In this document: piece after piece, positions 51,226 to 61,574 of the stretch
Layout of the letters: each line of letters begins with the position of its first letter
Position numbering within the stretch: the stretch's first letter is position 1
Origin: Candidatus Cloacimonadales bacterium
GTDB taxonomy: Bacteria > Cloacimonadota > Cloacimonadia > Cloacimonadales > DAONDQ01
Reading direction: 5' to 3'
Assembly (NCBI GenBank): GCA_963662275.1
Contig: OY759316.1
Location: forward strand, 32,001-96,000
Length of the DNA stretch: 64,000 nucleotides
Translations under genes and position numbers: made by a program
Notes under the pieces: model-generated
What the model was told of the DNA's origin: nothing
What the model saw: only the letters and a program-made list of their open reading frames with translations
Databases searched by the model: none

Positions 51226-52659
51226 ATGTTTAGAAAACTAGTGTCCTACTTAGCCATTATCATGATGGTATCAACTGCAATCGCTGCAAATAATACAGTA
51301 AGTTCCACCTCTCAGCCAACATCTGAGGCTCAACTTGTCAGGGATTATTACACACCTGTCTCCGGCTTGACCGGAACTGCCCTGAAAAATGGGCTGCATA
51401 CTTTGATCAGTACCAATACATATTCCAATTATGATGGAGCCAGGGTTCTTATGTTTCAGCATCTGGATAATACTGCTGGTGTTGTCAGATGTGTTTACAC
51501 TGGTCAGGATTTTACAATAGCTGCTAGTTATTCAGGTCAGGACAGCCCAAACACAGAGCATACTTATGCCCAAAGTTGGTTTACAGTCTCTCCTTCAGTC
51601 GAAAAAGCGGATCCTCACCATTTGTTTGTCACAGAGTCTACAGTTAATTCCACTCGTGGATCATTCCCTTTCGGAAAAGTAATGGCTCCCACAAATTCAT
51701 TTCCCAGCCAAAATGGCTATGTCAGTAAATTGGGCAACAATCAGCTCAACCAGACTGTATTTGAACCTGCTGATGCGCATAAAGGCGATTTAGCCCGTGC
51801 TCTGTTATATTTTAATGTGCGTTATAATGAAACATTAACCATTGATGGAGTTGATCAACTTCCAGCATGTCTTCAATGGAATTATTTCGATCCTCCAACA
51901 GCAGCAGAAGTAACTCGCAATACACTTATTCAACCAGTGCTCTCAAATCGTAATCCCTTTGTTGATCATCCTGAATATGCAACATCGATTTGGGTTGGAA
52001 CTACGAATAACACAATGTTGAATTTTTCTCCTGTTTCTTCCAGTGCCCAGGAGAATGTTGGAACTGCTCATTTATCGATTCAGATACAGAATCCAAATAC
52101 CTATTTATCGACTGCCAAGGTTGTTCTGAAGAGTGGAAATGCAGCTCATATTGGAAATTACACACCAATCAATATCACTTTTCCATCCAACAGCACAGCA
52201 GTCCAAACGATCGATATTAATGTTACAGATGACCAAATTATCGATGGTAATGAGACTTTTATCTTTGAAATACAAAATGCACAAGGTGGATATTATGCAA
52301 TACCCGGCTTGCAAAGAACTTACACTTTAACGGTATTGGACAATGACACTATTCTGAACGATGACCCCATGATATCAACTCCTTCTAGCGGGATCAGTTC
52401 CATTTATCCCAATCCTTTCAACCCTGAAACCAGGATTCAGTATGCTGTTTCTCATCCAGGACTTGTGAATTTGGATATTTATAATGTGAAAGGACAAAAA
52501 GTGACAACTCTGATCTCTCAAAATCAAGCTGCCGGGAATTATACTCAAACCTGGAATGGTAAAGATGATATCGGTATTCCACAAAGCAGCGGTGTCTATT
52601 ATGTTCGATTGAATTCAGGTAATGATCAATCTGTTCGAAAAGTCATTTTGATGAAATAA
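51226..52659 (+). CDS. secreted endonuclease I-family nuclease with Calx-beta and FlgD/T9SS-like C-terminal domain
   Basis: NTEHTYAQSW, DPHHLF, NSTRGS, HKGDLARALLYFNVRY, NRNPFVDHPE; YPNPFNPET...KVILMK. Confidence 0.88.
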   Translation: MFRKLVSYLAIIMMVSTAIAANNTVSSTSQPTSEAQLVRDYYTPVSGLTGTALKNGLHTLISTNTYSNYDGARVLMFQHLDNTAGVVRCVYTGQDFTIAASYSGQDSPNTEHTYAQSWFTVSPSVEKADPHHLFVTESTVNSTRGSFPFGKVMAPTNSFPSQNGYVSKLGNNQLNQTVFEPADAHKGDLARALLYFNVRYNETLTIDGVDQLPACLQWNYFDPPTAAEVTRNTLIQPVLSNRNPFVDHPEYATSIWVGTTNNTMLNFSPVSSSAQENVGTAHLSIQIQNPNTYLSTAKVVLKSGNAAHIGNYTPINITFPSNSTAVQTIDINVTDDQIIDGNETFIFEIQNAQGGYYAIPGLQRTYTLTVLDNDTILNDDPMISTPSSGISSIYPNPFNPETRIQYAVSHPGLVNLDIYNVKGQKVTTLISQNQAAGNYTQTWNGKDDIGIPQSSGVYYVRLNSGNDQSVRKVILMK

Positions 52660-52680
52660 AGAGTCATCTCTTAGAAAAAT

Positions 52681-52705
52681 GGCTAGCAAAAGCTAGCCTT
52701 TTTTT
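52681..52705 (+). terminator. intrinsic terminator
   Basis: GGCTAGC-aaaa-GCTAGCC-T7. Confidence 0.85.
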
Positions 52706-52889
52706 CTCTGAAAAAAGCGTTAAATTTTATGTATGGTACTGATTCAGTTATCTTTGAATACTTTCAAGGATATCAATTGGCAGTATCTTGTTGATTTAAT
52801 AATGAATGTAATTGATAAAGTCGATATATTGCTTAGGATTAAAAGATATATTTGATTTTCGGAAACGAAACAACAAAGAAGGAGTTATA

Positions 52890-55800
52890 ATGAACCAAAA
52901 AATGTTTCTGATGATAATGTTCTGTTTTTTTGCCATATCATTAAGCTATGCCATCAATATCAGCGGTGGTATTACATTAACAGAAGATTTTACGATTGGT
53001 ACAACAGCCACAGCAACTCTATCTCCTGATTGGAAAGTAGATAAAAACACGACTGTCAGGACTGTTGGCACTTATACATCTGCTGTCACTGCCACTGAAC
53101 GTAGCGGTGGAAACGCCATGGGTACAACAGCAGCAAATGGTATTTATAATTATGGAGCTGGTGATGCAGCTACAGCTACAGATCGTTCTGTGGGCTGGAT
53201 ATCTTCCGGCAATGCTACTAAAAGTGGTAACTTATATGTTCAACTTGTCAATAATGGCAATACAGCGATTGGAAATTTCACCATATCTTTTGATGTGGAG
53301 AAATATCGAAAAGGTACAAATGCAGGTGGCTTCTCCATCCAAATGTATTATTCTGCGGATGGTGCAACTTGGACAAGTGCTGGTAGTGATTTTTTAGTTA
53401 GCTTTCCGGGAGTAGATGCAGACAATGCCGGTTATACCACAGCTCCAGGGGCAACAACATCGATATCTCTCATGTCTTTACCACAAGCTTTGGTCGCCTC
53501 TGATACTCTTTATCTTGCTTGGAATTATTCTGTAACGTCTGGTGCTGTTACCAGTTATGCCCAAGCTTTGGGCATCGATAATGTAGTCATCACGGCGAAT
53601 AGTTCAGGTCCTTCCTTGCCATCACTTTCTACAACTGCTATTTCTGAAATTACACCGACTACTGCCTCCAGCGGTGGTAACATTGTATTTGACGGTGGCT
53701 CTGGTATTTCAGCCCGAGGTGTTTGCTGGAATACTGGTGGAGCTCCTATCATAACTGATAGCCATACTTCAGATGGAACTGGAGCCAGTTCTTTCGTAAG
53801 TACCATTACTGGTCTGACTGCCTCTACAGCATATCACGTAAGAGCTTATGCAACAAACAGCACTGGGACTGCTTATGGAAATGAACTTACATTCACCACA
53901 GGCGGAAATGGTCCACCTCCTGCCCCAGTTGCCGTAACTGCAACATCGATTACTTACAATTCCTTCATCGCCAATTGGAATAACGTTGCAGAAGCAACTT
54001 CCTACCGATTGGATGTCTCGACAACTGAATCATTCACTTCTTTTATCGCTGGATTTGAAGACGTAAGTGTGAATGCTTTAGCTCATGCTGTCAATGGTCT
54101 TACATTTTCAACTACTTACTATTATCGTGTTCGAGCAGTCAATGCTGATGGAGCAAGTCCCAATTCAAATACCATTTCTGTACTCACAGATGTTAGTCCA
54201 GAGATTCCAAATGCTCCTGTTGCCCTTGCTGCATCGGGTGTTTCATCTTCAGGGTTTATTGCAGGATGGAATGCATCCACAAATGCAACAAGTTATCACT
54301 TGGATGTTTCCTCATCTGATACATTCTCTTCATTCGTCACTGGCTATGAGGATCTCGTAGTGAATGGACTGACACAATCTGTCAGTGGTCTTTCAGCTAC
54401 ATCTACATATTATTATCGCGTTCGTGCTTCCAATATATCCGGTACAAGTACGAATTCAAACATCATAACTGTATTTACAAACGAAGCTGGAACGATCATA
54501 TTAACTGAAGGCTTTGAAGATGCTTCCACGGGCACACCTCCAGTTGGTTGGACACTTTCTGCACCAGGTTCCTATATTCTCTCTAATGGTGCAAATTCTC
54601 ATGGCGGGACTAATTATGCTGGTGTCAATGCGATGAATGGTTGGGTGATGACTCCGCTACTTGTGAATCCAACCGAATTATTCTTCTGGGGACGTACTTC
54701 CGGTACGACATCAAATTTTACAATTACATTGCAGTCTTCTCCTGATTTATCATCATGGACTGATGTTACAACTTATATTGCTAACGGCACTGATACCGGT
54801 ACGGTGAATAGTACCTATTCTCAGAAAAATGCTGGTCTGAATCTGACAGGCAGTTATTATCTGCGCTGGATGATGACAGCTCGTACGGGAGGAAGCTTCT
54901 ACTTTGATGATGTTGAAGTGACTTCCGGTTCTGTTATCCCGACAATTCCTACAGCGCCAGTTGCCTTAGCAGCTACTTCCATTGTCGCAGTTGGATTCAC
55001 CGCAAACTGGCACGCATCTATATCGGCAACAAGCTATCGTTTGGATGTTTCCACTTCCAATGCATTTGACTCTTTTGTTCTCGGTTACGAGGATTTGATT
55101 GTCGAAGATATTACTCAATCAGTATCAGGTCTGAATGCTGCTACAAACTATTATTATCGTGTCCGCGCCGTCAATCATGTCGGTACCAGCACCAATTCAA
55201 ATGTGATCACGGTTTTAACTGCTAATACTTCAGTCATTCCAGAAGCCCCAATTGCAGAAACTGCAAGCGGAATCACTTCTGCAGGCTTCATAGCGAATTG
55301 GAATGTATCCACAAATGCTACAAGCTACTTCCTGGATGTTTCCTTAACTAATGCATTTACTACATTCGTTACTGGTTACCAGAATTTGACTGTGAATGAT
55401 ACTTTAAAACTGGTGACAGGTCTTTCTTCTTTAACGAATTACTACTATCGTGTCCGTGCTGATAATATTGCCGGAACAAGTGTTAACTCCAATATTATTG
55501 AAGTCATGACGACTGATTTTGATCCCAATTTTACGTATTACAATCCTGTCGCTGGACTGACAGGTAATGCTCTGAAAACCGGGTTGACTAATCTGATCAG
55601 TACCAATACATATTCCAGCTACAATGGTGCCAAAGTCATCATGTTTCAGCAGTTGGATAACACGAATGGTGTTGTAAGATGTGTTTATACAGGTCGTGAT
55701 TTTCCAATTGCGTCTGATTATTCAGGACAGAACAGTCCAAATACCGAACATACATATGCTCAAAGCTGGTTCACTGCTTCTGCTTCTGTAGAAAAGGCTG

Positions 55801-57125
55801 ATTTGCACCATCTGTTTGTCACAGAATCTACAGTCAATTCCACCCGCGGTAACTTACCGTTTGGTAAAGCAATCACAACAACAACGACCTTCCCCAGTTT
55901 TAATGGTTATGTAAGCAAAAAAGGAACAGATTATAACGGACAGATAGTATTTGAGCCGGCTGACCAGCATAAAGGCGACCTGGCACGAGCTCTCCTCTAT
56001 TTCAATGTACGTTATGAGGAAAGCCTGTTCATTCAAAACGTCGACCAGCTTCCCGCATGTATTCAATGGAATTACCTGGATCCTCCTTCTCCGGCTGAAA
56101 TTGCTCGCAATAACCAGATATATTCAGTTTTATCGAATAAGAATCCATTTGTCGATCATCCTGAATATGTCACTTCCATCTATGTACCCACTGCAACCAA
56201 CACAATGCTGAATTTTGCTCCTGTTTCTTCCAGTGTGCAGGAGAATGTGGGAATAGTCCATCTATCCATTCAAATTCAGAATTCGAATACGTATGCCTCT
56301 ACAGCAATGGTTGTCCTTAAAAGCGGAAACGCTGCTCATTTAGGCAATTTTACTCCGGTAAACGTTACATTTCCTGCCAGCAGCACAACTGCTGTCAGCG
56401 TTGATGTTAGCGTAACGGATGACGATATTTCAGATGGCAATGAGAACTTCGTTTTTGAAATTCAGAATGCACAGGGTGGATATTATGCCATTCCCGGTCT
56501 TCAAAATGATTATACCTTAACAGTAGAAGATAATGATGGCGGAATTCCTGTTCCTGTCGCTCTTCCGGCAATCCAAGTATCCAATACTAGCTTTATAGCT
56601 CATTGGCTGCCGGTAAATGGAATCAATAGCTACTCTCTTGATGTAGCTACGGATGCTGATTTTTCTTCTTTCGTGGGAAATTTACATAATTTCGTTCTAG
56701 GCGATACAACATACACGGTTTCAAATCTTGAACAAGGTCATTCCTATTACTATAGAGTCCGTTCTGTCATGAATGATGCGCAAAGCACAAATTCAAATCT
56801 CATAATGATCATTCTCACAGGCAACCAGGATCCTACTGTTTCAGTACCTATCACTGGTATTCGTTCCATCTATCCCAATCCTTTCAATCCTGAAACCACA
56901 ATTCAATATTCATTAGCTAAATCAGGATTGATAAATATTGAGATTTATAATGTGAAAGGACAAAAAGTAATTACATTGGTATCTCAGAATCAGTCTGCTG
57001 GTAATTATTCACAAGTATGGAATGGAAAGAATGACCAGGGTAAATCACTGAGCAGCGGCATCTATTATGTGCGTATGAAATCAGCGAATGATTCGTCTGT
57101 GCGGAAAGTTGTCTTAATGAAATAA
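52890..57125 (+). CDS. large secreted multidomain nuclease: FN3 repeats, endonuclease I, Calx-beta, FN3, FlgD/T9SS-like CTD
   Basis: AAGGAG before ATG 52890; repeated APVA..F.A.W..ATSY.LDVS..YYYRVRA; nuclease module paralogous to 51226-52659. Confidence 0.88.
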   Translation: MNQKMFLMIMFCFFAISLSYAINISGGITLTEDFTIGTTATATLSPDWKVDKNTTVRTVGTYTSAVTATERSGGNAMGTTAANGIYNYGAGDAATATDRSVGWISSGNATKSGNLYVQLVNNGNTAIGNFTISFDVEKYRKGTNAGGFSIQMYYSADGATWTSAGSDFLVSFPGVDADNAGYTTAPGATTSISLMSLPQALVASDTLYLAWNYSVTSGAVTSYAQALGIDNVVITANSSGPSLPSLSTTAISEITPTTASSGGNIVFDGGSGISARGVCWNTGGAPIITDSHTSDGTGASSFVSTITGLTASTAYHVRAYATNSTGTAYGNELTFTTGGNGPPPAPVAVTATSITYNSFIANWNNVAEATSYRLDVSTTESFTSFIAGFEDVSVNALAHAVNGLTFSTTYYYRVRAVNADGASPNSNTISVLTDVSPEIPNAPVALAASGVSSSGFIAGWNASTNATSYHLDVSSSDTFSSFVTGYEDLVVNGLTQSVSGLSATSTYYYRVRASNISGTSTNSNIITVFTNEAGTIILTEGFEDASTGTPPVGWTLSAPGSYILSNGANSHGGTNYAGVNAMNGWVMTPLLVNPTELFFWGRTSGTTSNFTITLQSSPDLSSWTDVTTYIANGTDTGTVNSTYSQKNAGLNLTGSYYLRWMMTARTGGSFYFDDVEVTSGSVIPTIPTAPVALAATSIVAVGFTANWHASISATSYRLDVSTSNAFDSFVLGYEDLIVEDITQSVSGLNAATNYYYRVRAVNHVGTSTNSNVITVLTANTSVIPEAPIAETASGITSAGFIANWNVSTNATSYFLDVSLTNAFTTFVTGYQNLTVNDTLKLVTGLSSLTNYYYRVRADNIAGTSVNSNIIEVMTTDFDPNFTYYNPVAGLTGNALKTGLTNLISTNTYSSYNGAKVIMFQQLDNTNGVVRCVYTGRDFPIASDYSGQNSPNTEHTYAQSWFTASASVEKADLHHLFVTESTVNSTRGNLPFGKAITTTTTFPSFNGYVSKKGTDYNGQIVFEPADQHKGDLARALLYFNVRYEESLFIQNVDQLPACIQWNYLDPPSPAEIARNNQIYSVLSNKNPFVDHPEYVTSIYVPTATNTMLNFAPVSSSVQENVGIVHLSIQIQNSNTYASTAMVVLKSGNAAHLGNFTPVNVTFPASSTTAVSVDVSVTDDDISDGNENFVFEIQNAQGGYYAIPGLQNDYTLTVEDNDGGIPVPVALPAIQVSNTSFIAHWLPVNGINSYSLDVATDADFSSFVGNLHNFVLGDTTYTVSNLEQGHSYYYRVRSVMNDAQSTNSNLIMIILTGNQDPTVSVPITGIRSIYPNPFNPETTIQYSLAKSGLINIEIYNVKGQKVITLVSQNQSAGNYSQVWNGKNDQGKSLSSGIYYVRMKSANDSSVRKVVLMK

Positions 57126-57128
57126 AAA

Positions 57129-57240
57129 GTAGGGATAGACCCATGTGTCTATCCTCTTCTTGAAAAAATGTAGGGATAAACCCATGTGTTTATCCTCTTC
57201 TTAATGAATACGAAAGGGCAGATCAATTGATCTGCCCTTT
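57129..57240. repeat. tandem GTAG-REP copies plus a perfect 28-bp palindrome
   Basis: GTAGGGATAGACCCATGTGTCTATCC and GTAGGGATAAACCCATGTGTTTATCC; AAAGGGCAGATCAATTGATCTGCCCTTT at 57213-57240. Confidence 0.85.
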
Positions 57241-57246
57241 TTCTAA

Positions 57247-57936
57247 TATCCCCCCTTGGGAAGGGGGGCAGGGGGGTCAATTTCTGCTCCTTTTCGTGTT
57301 TTTCGTCTGTTTCGTGGTTTCTTCTCTTTCTTCTCTGCCAATCTTCCATCTCTGAGGTTCACACCACAGGCTATCGGATTTCATATCTCCGATATTTCAT
57401 TTTGATTTTCTGCTCTTTTTTCTTTCTGCCACTTTTAGTTTTTAGTTTCCTCCTCTTCTTTCCCCAATTCATAATTCGTAATTATTTTGAAATCCTCTCT
57501 CGATTTTGCCACATAGCTCCTTCCTATATATAGGGGAAGGTGTCAGGTTTCAGGTGTCAGCTAACAGGTTCAGAACAGAAAGAAGAGTTCTCCGAGTGAT
57601 TGGATTTATCCAATTGTATCGAGGAGACGTCATATGTGATAGCCAATTATAAATCTCATGGAAGACAAAAAAAACAGAAAAGAAACAAAAACTAAAGAAA
57701 ATCTAAGGATAATCTAAAAAAGTCTAGATGATCCCTAGATGATGCCTAGATGAAACCCAGCTCAAAAAGAAAGTGCGAAGTTCGAGGTTCGAAGTTCGAA
57801 ATTGCAGAGTTGTGGAGTAAGATGCCGATCTTACTAAATCTGCTCTTCTCTGATCTTTTCTGATTTATTTCTCCCTTTGGTTAAAGGGAGAAATTCGAGC
57901 AGATATTGAGTTTTGTTTGCGAAAGTTCGGGATGAT
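57247..57936. repeat. mosaic intergenic repeats (CCCC..GGGG hairpin, 9-mer TTTTCGTG array, heptamer arrays, 11-bp CTAGATGA array, GTGG-REP)
   Basis: Direct reading; modules shared with 32.4, 41, 59.7 and 60.5 kb. Confidence 0.7.
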
Positions 57937-57957
57937 ATAGAAGGATTCACAAACATC

Positions 57958-57987
57958 TTGACGGTAATTCTACTTACGATACATAAT
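57958..57987 (+). promoter_or_regulatory. sigma70-type promoter of the ATPase operon
   Basis: TTGACG-18 nt-CATAAT, then AGGAGG RBS. Confidence 0.55.
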
Positions 57988-58003
57988 TTTTCAGGTAGGA
58001 GGA

Positions 58004-59161
58004 ATGATGATTAAAAAGTTAAATGTCTCGAATTTTGCTAAATTGAAAGATGCAGAATTCAACTTCAAGGATTTGAATTTATTCGTAGGTCCTCAGGCAT
58101 CTGGTAAGTCATTAACCTTACAATTGATTAAGCTGCTTATAGATTACCGAGATATTGTCAACAACTTGAAGCGCTATAACTATGATTGGAAAGGCAAAAT
58201 CAATCTATTTCCCGAATTGTATTTCGGAGAAGGCATGAGCGGACTTTTAGAGAATATACTTGTCACTCAAGTTCCAAAGGGTAAGGATATTAATTATAAT
58301 GTTGATTATGCCAGAGGATATGATAGACTACAGAGCCCTCAATGTTTTTATATTCCAGCTCAAAGATTCCTCGTTATTGAAGAAGACTGGCCTAAAGCAT
58401 TTGAAACCTTCGAGAACAAGTATCCTTATGTAGTTCGTGAATTTAGTGATGTGTTAAGAACCATCTTGAATAAACATCCTGAGAAAAGCATTTTTCCTTA
58501 TAGTCCCAAATTGAAGAAGAGTATTAAGAAACAAATTGAAGAAACTATCTATCAGAACTCTAATATCGAATTAGTTTCCCAAAAAGGCAGAAAAAGGGTG
58601 ATGCTGAAAGTAGGTGGAACTGATCGAGAACTACCAATGACATTGATCTCAACAGGTCAGAGAGAATTTCTTCCTTATTTGATTTCCTTATATCACCTTT
58701 TACCCGCAGGGAAAGTGGAAAGAAATGGCGAGATAAATACAGTTATCATTGAAGAGCCAGAAATGGGATTGCATCCCCAAGCAATCAGGACTTTCCTTTT
58801 TACGGTAATCGAAATGCTGTCCCGCAATTATCGAGTGTTTATCTCTACCCATTCTGTTGACCTGATGAATTATATATGGGCTTTCATTGAGATTTCCCAA
58901 TGTAAAGATAAGATAAAAAGGAATACAGCCATATTAAGAATGCTGGCTCTCGAACCAAATGAACTATCAGATGCCTATTTAGATACGATAGCAAAGAAGA
59001 AGGTATCTGTCCATTACTTCAAACCCGAAAATGGCAATATTTCAGTTAAAGACATTTCCAAATTGCCAATCAGCTCAGGTGATGATAGTGACGATCAGTC
59101 AGAGTGGGGTGGTCTATTAACTTCATCAGATTTGATGAATAGCATTATTTCATCTCTCTAA
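58004..59161 (+). CDS. ABC-type (AAA_15/AAA_21-like) ATPase
   Basis: GPQASGKS Walker A, YIPAQR, ISTGQRE signature, VIIEEPEMGLHP Walker B/D-loop, ISTHS H-loop; no TM segments. Confidence 0.88.
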   Translation: MMIKKLNVSNFAKLKDAEFNFKDLNLFVGPQASGKSLTLQLIKLLIDYRDIVNNLKRYNYDWKGKINLFPELYFGEGMSGLLENILVTQVPKGKDINYNVDYARGYDRLQSPQCFYIPAQRFLVIEEDWPKAFETFENKYPYVVREFSDVLRTILNKHPEKSIFPYSPKLKKSIKKQIEETIYQNSNIELVSQKGRKRVMLKVGGTDRELPMTLISTGQREFLPYLISLYHLLPAGKVERNGEINTVIIEEPEMGLHPQAIRTFLFTVIEMLSRNYRVFISTHSVDLMNYIWAFIEISQCKDKIKRNTAILRMLALEPNELSDAYLDTIAKKKVSVHYFKPENGNISVKDISKLPISSGDDSDDQSEWGGLLTSSDLMNSIISSL

Positions 59162-59171
59162 GGCGGGTACT

Positions 59172-59627
59172 ATGAATCAGCGGAGGAATCAGAACATTGC
59201 TTTACCTGGATTCATGGTAGCGGAATTGAATGCCTTACAAAGAGATGAGCGCGGGAAAATCATATGTGCTAATTTACCAGATCTTCAATCTGGAGATATT
59301 GACACATTTTACAAAAAAGTAAGAGAACATTCCAATGCAACACGATGGGATTATATCTTGTTCCGAAATTCGGATCAAAGAGTATGGTATGTCGAATTTC
59401 ACGAAGGAACTTCAGATGGATATTCTGATGTTGTTAAGAAGCTTCAATGGTTAAAGATTATGATAAACGATCCAAGTACTGAACTATGTGTTTTCCGTAA
59501 TCTATGTTCGGTTGAATACTTTTGGCTTAGAACCGGCAAGAATATGTTACATCCTGCTTCAAAACAAGCTAAGCAATTAGCAAAAAATAAAGAACTGAAG
59601 TATCAGGCGACATTGACTATAGATTAA
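59172..59627 (+). CDS. hypothetical protein, putative PD-(D/E)xK-like nuclease partner of the ATPase
   Basis: RWDYILF...VWYVEFH...VVKKLQWLK; starts 10 nt after the ATPase stop. Confidence 0.55.
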   Translation: MNQRRNQNIALPGFMVAELNALQRDERGKIICANLPDLQSGDIDTFYKKVREHSNATRWDYILFRNSDQRVWYVEFHEGTSDGYSDVVKKLQWLKIMINDPSTELCVFRNLCSVEYFWLRTGKNMLHPASKQAKQLAKNKELKYQATLTID

Positions 59628-59672
59628 TCAATCAAACTCTCTCTCAGATTGAAGTACAAGGCTCGAAGTTCG

Positions 59673-59719
59673 AAATTCAGAGCAGGTATTGAGTTTTGTT
59701 TGAGAAAGAATGGGATGAT
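59673..59719 (+). repeat. second copy of the ~46-bp direct repeat (first copy 57891-57936)
   Basis: AAATTCAGAGCAGGTATTGAGTTTTGTTTGAGAAAGAATGGGATGAT vs AAATTCGAGCAGATATTGAGTTTTGTTTGCGAAAGTTCGGGATGAT. Confidence 0.85.
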
Positions 59720-59721
59720 TG

Positions 59722-59755
59722 GGAACGCCTGACGGGGTCAGGCGTTCCGTTTTTT
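59722..59755 (+). terminator. GC-rich hairpin with T tail
   Basis: GGAACGCCTGAC-ggg-GTCAGGCGTTCC-GTTTTTT. Confidence 0.75.
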
Positions 59756-59766
59756 GATTGTTTTAA

Positions 59767-60162
59767 CTTTCCAAGAATTTCGAAGTAGCCGAGAAAGCAA
59801 GAATAGCAGAATGTTATGATGCTGCTATCAGTCGTTATTATTATGCTCTTTTTCAATCGATTAGCAATTATCTTATAAATCATAATCAATACAACCCAAA
59901 CAGTTATATAGGGGAAAGCAGTCATATTGAATTAGGAAAGCAATTAAAATTATTTATGGATGGTGAGCATAAGAAAGATTCATATCTTTTAGATATTGCT
60001 ATATTTTATAGATTGAAAGAACGTAGAAGAGAAGCTGATTATGACGGAACTAAATTTACTTCTAATAAAGCAGAATTTGAAAAATTTGCTTTGGATTTCA
60101 ATATTATGAATAGCTTATTATCACGATTTGGATTATCTTCACTTCAAAGGATACCTATATGA
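59767..60162 (+). pseudogene. HEPN-domain gene lacking a canonical start (5' truncated)
   Basis: Frame open from 59767: NFEVAEKA..YDAAISRYYYALFQ..SH..LKERRREADY; in-frame TAA at 59764, first ATG only at 59956. Confidence 0.7.
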
Positions 60163-60410
60163 AAGATACGCTCTATAATCGAATTCTTCAATTTAAGAAG
60201 GATGTTCTTGATCAATATCCGCAATTGCATATTTGGATTGAGCAGGACTCTAATGGTTCCTATTGGATTAATCACGATAACAAACAATTGCAGTACTTCG
60301 ATGAAGAGTTTCATGAATTTGTCGGAGAACTATATTACAAGTATTTTAAGGATGATGATTTATTCGATGTAAGTTTCAGCTACGAAACTCCAAAAGCTGG
60401 TTCAAAGTAA
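60159..60410 (+). CDS. small acidic protein coupled to the HEPN gene (putative antitoxin)
   Basis: ATGA overlap with the HEPN stop; 83 aa. Confidence 0.6.
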   Translation: MKDTLYNRILQFKKDVLDQYPQLHIWIEQDSNGSYWINHDNKQLQYFDEEFHEFVGELYYKYFKDDDLFDVSFSYETPKAGSK

Positions 60411-60482
60411 ATGGGTGCCACTAAATGTATGGGTATTAAGAAAACGAATCATGTTGATAAGGTCGGAGAAGAATAAGGCATA

Positions 60483-60915
60483 TTGCAGAAGCTTGAAGGC
60501 TTAGCATAATTACGAATTACAAGTTACGAATTGGCAGAGGACTGCTGACCGCTGGTCATTGAGCGAAGTCGAAATGTCGGTGGTCGTTGCATTACTTGCA
60601 ACGCTCTGCAATTATGGTTAAGTTTCAAATGAAGAGAATCACAGATAGATTTACATCGCAAATCCCTATTCTTTAATCCTGAACTTTAGATTTCTTCAAA
60701 ATCTATTCTGCATCAACCTTTCAAGCCTTCGTATTTCGGACTACGCACTTCGAACTTAAGATTTATTTTTCCTTTTTGAAGAATAAATCGAAATGCTCCC
60801 TCCTATATATATATATGAGAGGACTAAAAAAGCTGAAGCTTTTCTAATTAAAAATTAAAAGATAAAAATTAAAAAATGGCTGAGCAGATGGATTCCCGAT
60901 CAGGTCGGAAATGAC
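60483..60915. repeat. nested mosaic repeats (TTACGAA heptamers, GGTCATTGAGCGAAGTCGAAATG, GATTCCCGATCAGGTCGGAAATGAC)
   Basis: Direct reading; inverted pairs around a central element. Confidence 0.65.
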
Positions 60916-60990
60916 AGCTCGCTTTCGCAAGGATTATAACCTGATCAAATGCACAGAATGCAATGCACCCATAATAAATGGAGGGTAAAG

Positions 60991-61574
60991 ATGCTTACTT
61001 ACAAATGGGAATTATCCGGCAATAACTGTCGTATTACATCCAATAGTGGATTATCGTACACTATCCCCAATCGGAATGGCGTTTATTACTTATCTGAACT
61101 GCTGAAACATCCGGGGCAGGAAATACTGTATTCAAACCTGGTTTCCCGCGGAATGTCCTGCATAGTAGACATTGAGTTTCGAGGACATTATCAATTTGAA
61201 TTATTGCAGTATGGTCTCCATGAAGAAGATTTTTATAGATCCATACCTGTCACGGATATGTCAACAGTGAATGAAATTGCGAAAGAATACCGTGCTGTAA
61301 AAGCAAAGATCGATATATATGAAGAATATCATGACCTGGCAAGAGTGGAAACACTCAATGCAGAACTGCTGCAGTTGAAGAAATATCTTCGTTATGCCTG
61401 CATCGATGCTATTGTGCCATTGAAAAGAATGATACCTTGTTATCTACATTACTGGTTGAGCATGTGCATATGAAAACAGAATCGATTCAGATGGATCGGT
61501 TGGAGGAGGCAGTCATTCAAGTAGAATTAAAAATTAGGAATTGCGGAGAAGAGCTGAAGGGAATAGCCATTTGA
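60991..61574 (+). pseudogene. hypothetical protein, probably frameshifted near 61400
   Basis: GGAGG before ATG 60991; main frame stops at 61473 after an odd Cys/Trp-rich tail, while the -1 frame (LHRCYCAIEKNDTLLSTLLVEHVHM...) stays open to TGA 61574. Confidence 0.45.

Noticed and set aside
51226..57125. DGR template/variable repeat pair between the nuclease paralogs
   Set aside because: Differences look spread over all bases rather than adenine-specific, both copies are coding, and no reverse transcriptase is present
57891..60410. Integron cassette array
   Set aside because: No tyrosine integrase, and the flanking repeats lack the RYYYAAC...GTTRRRY attC palindromic structure
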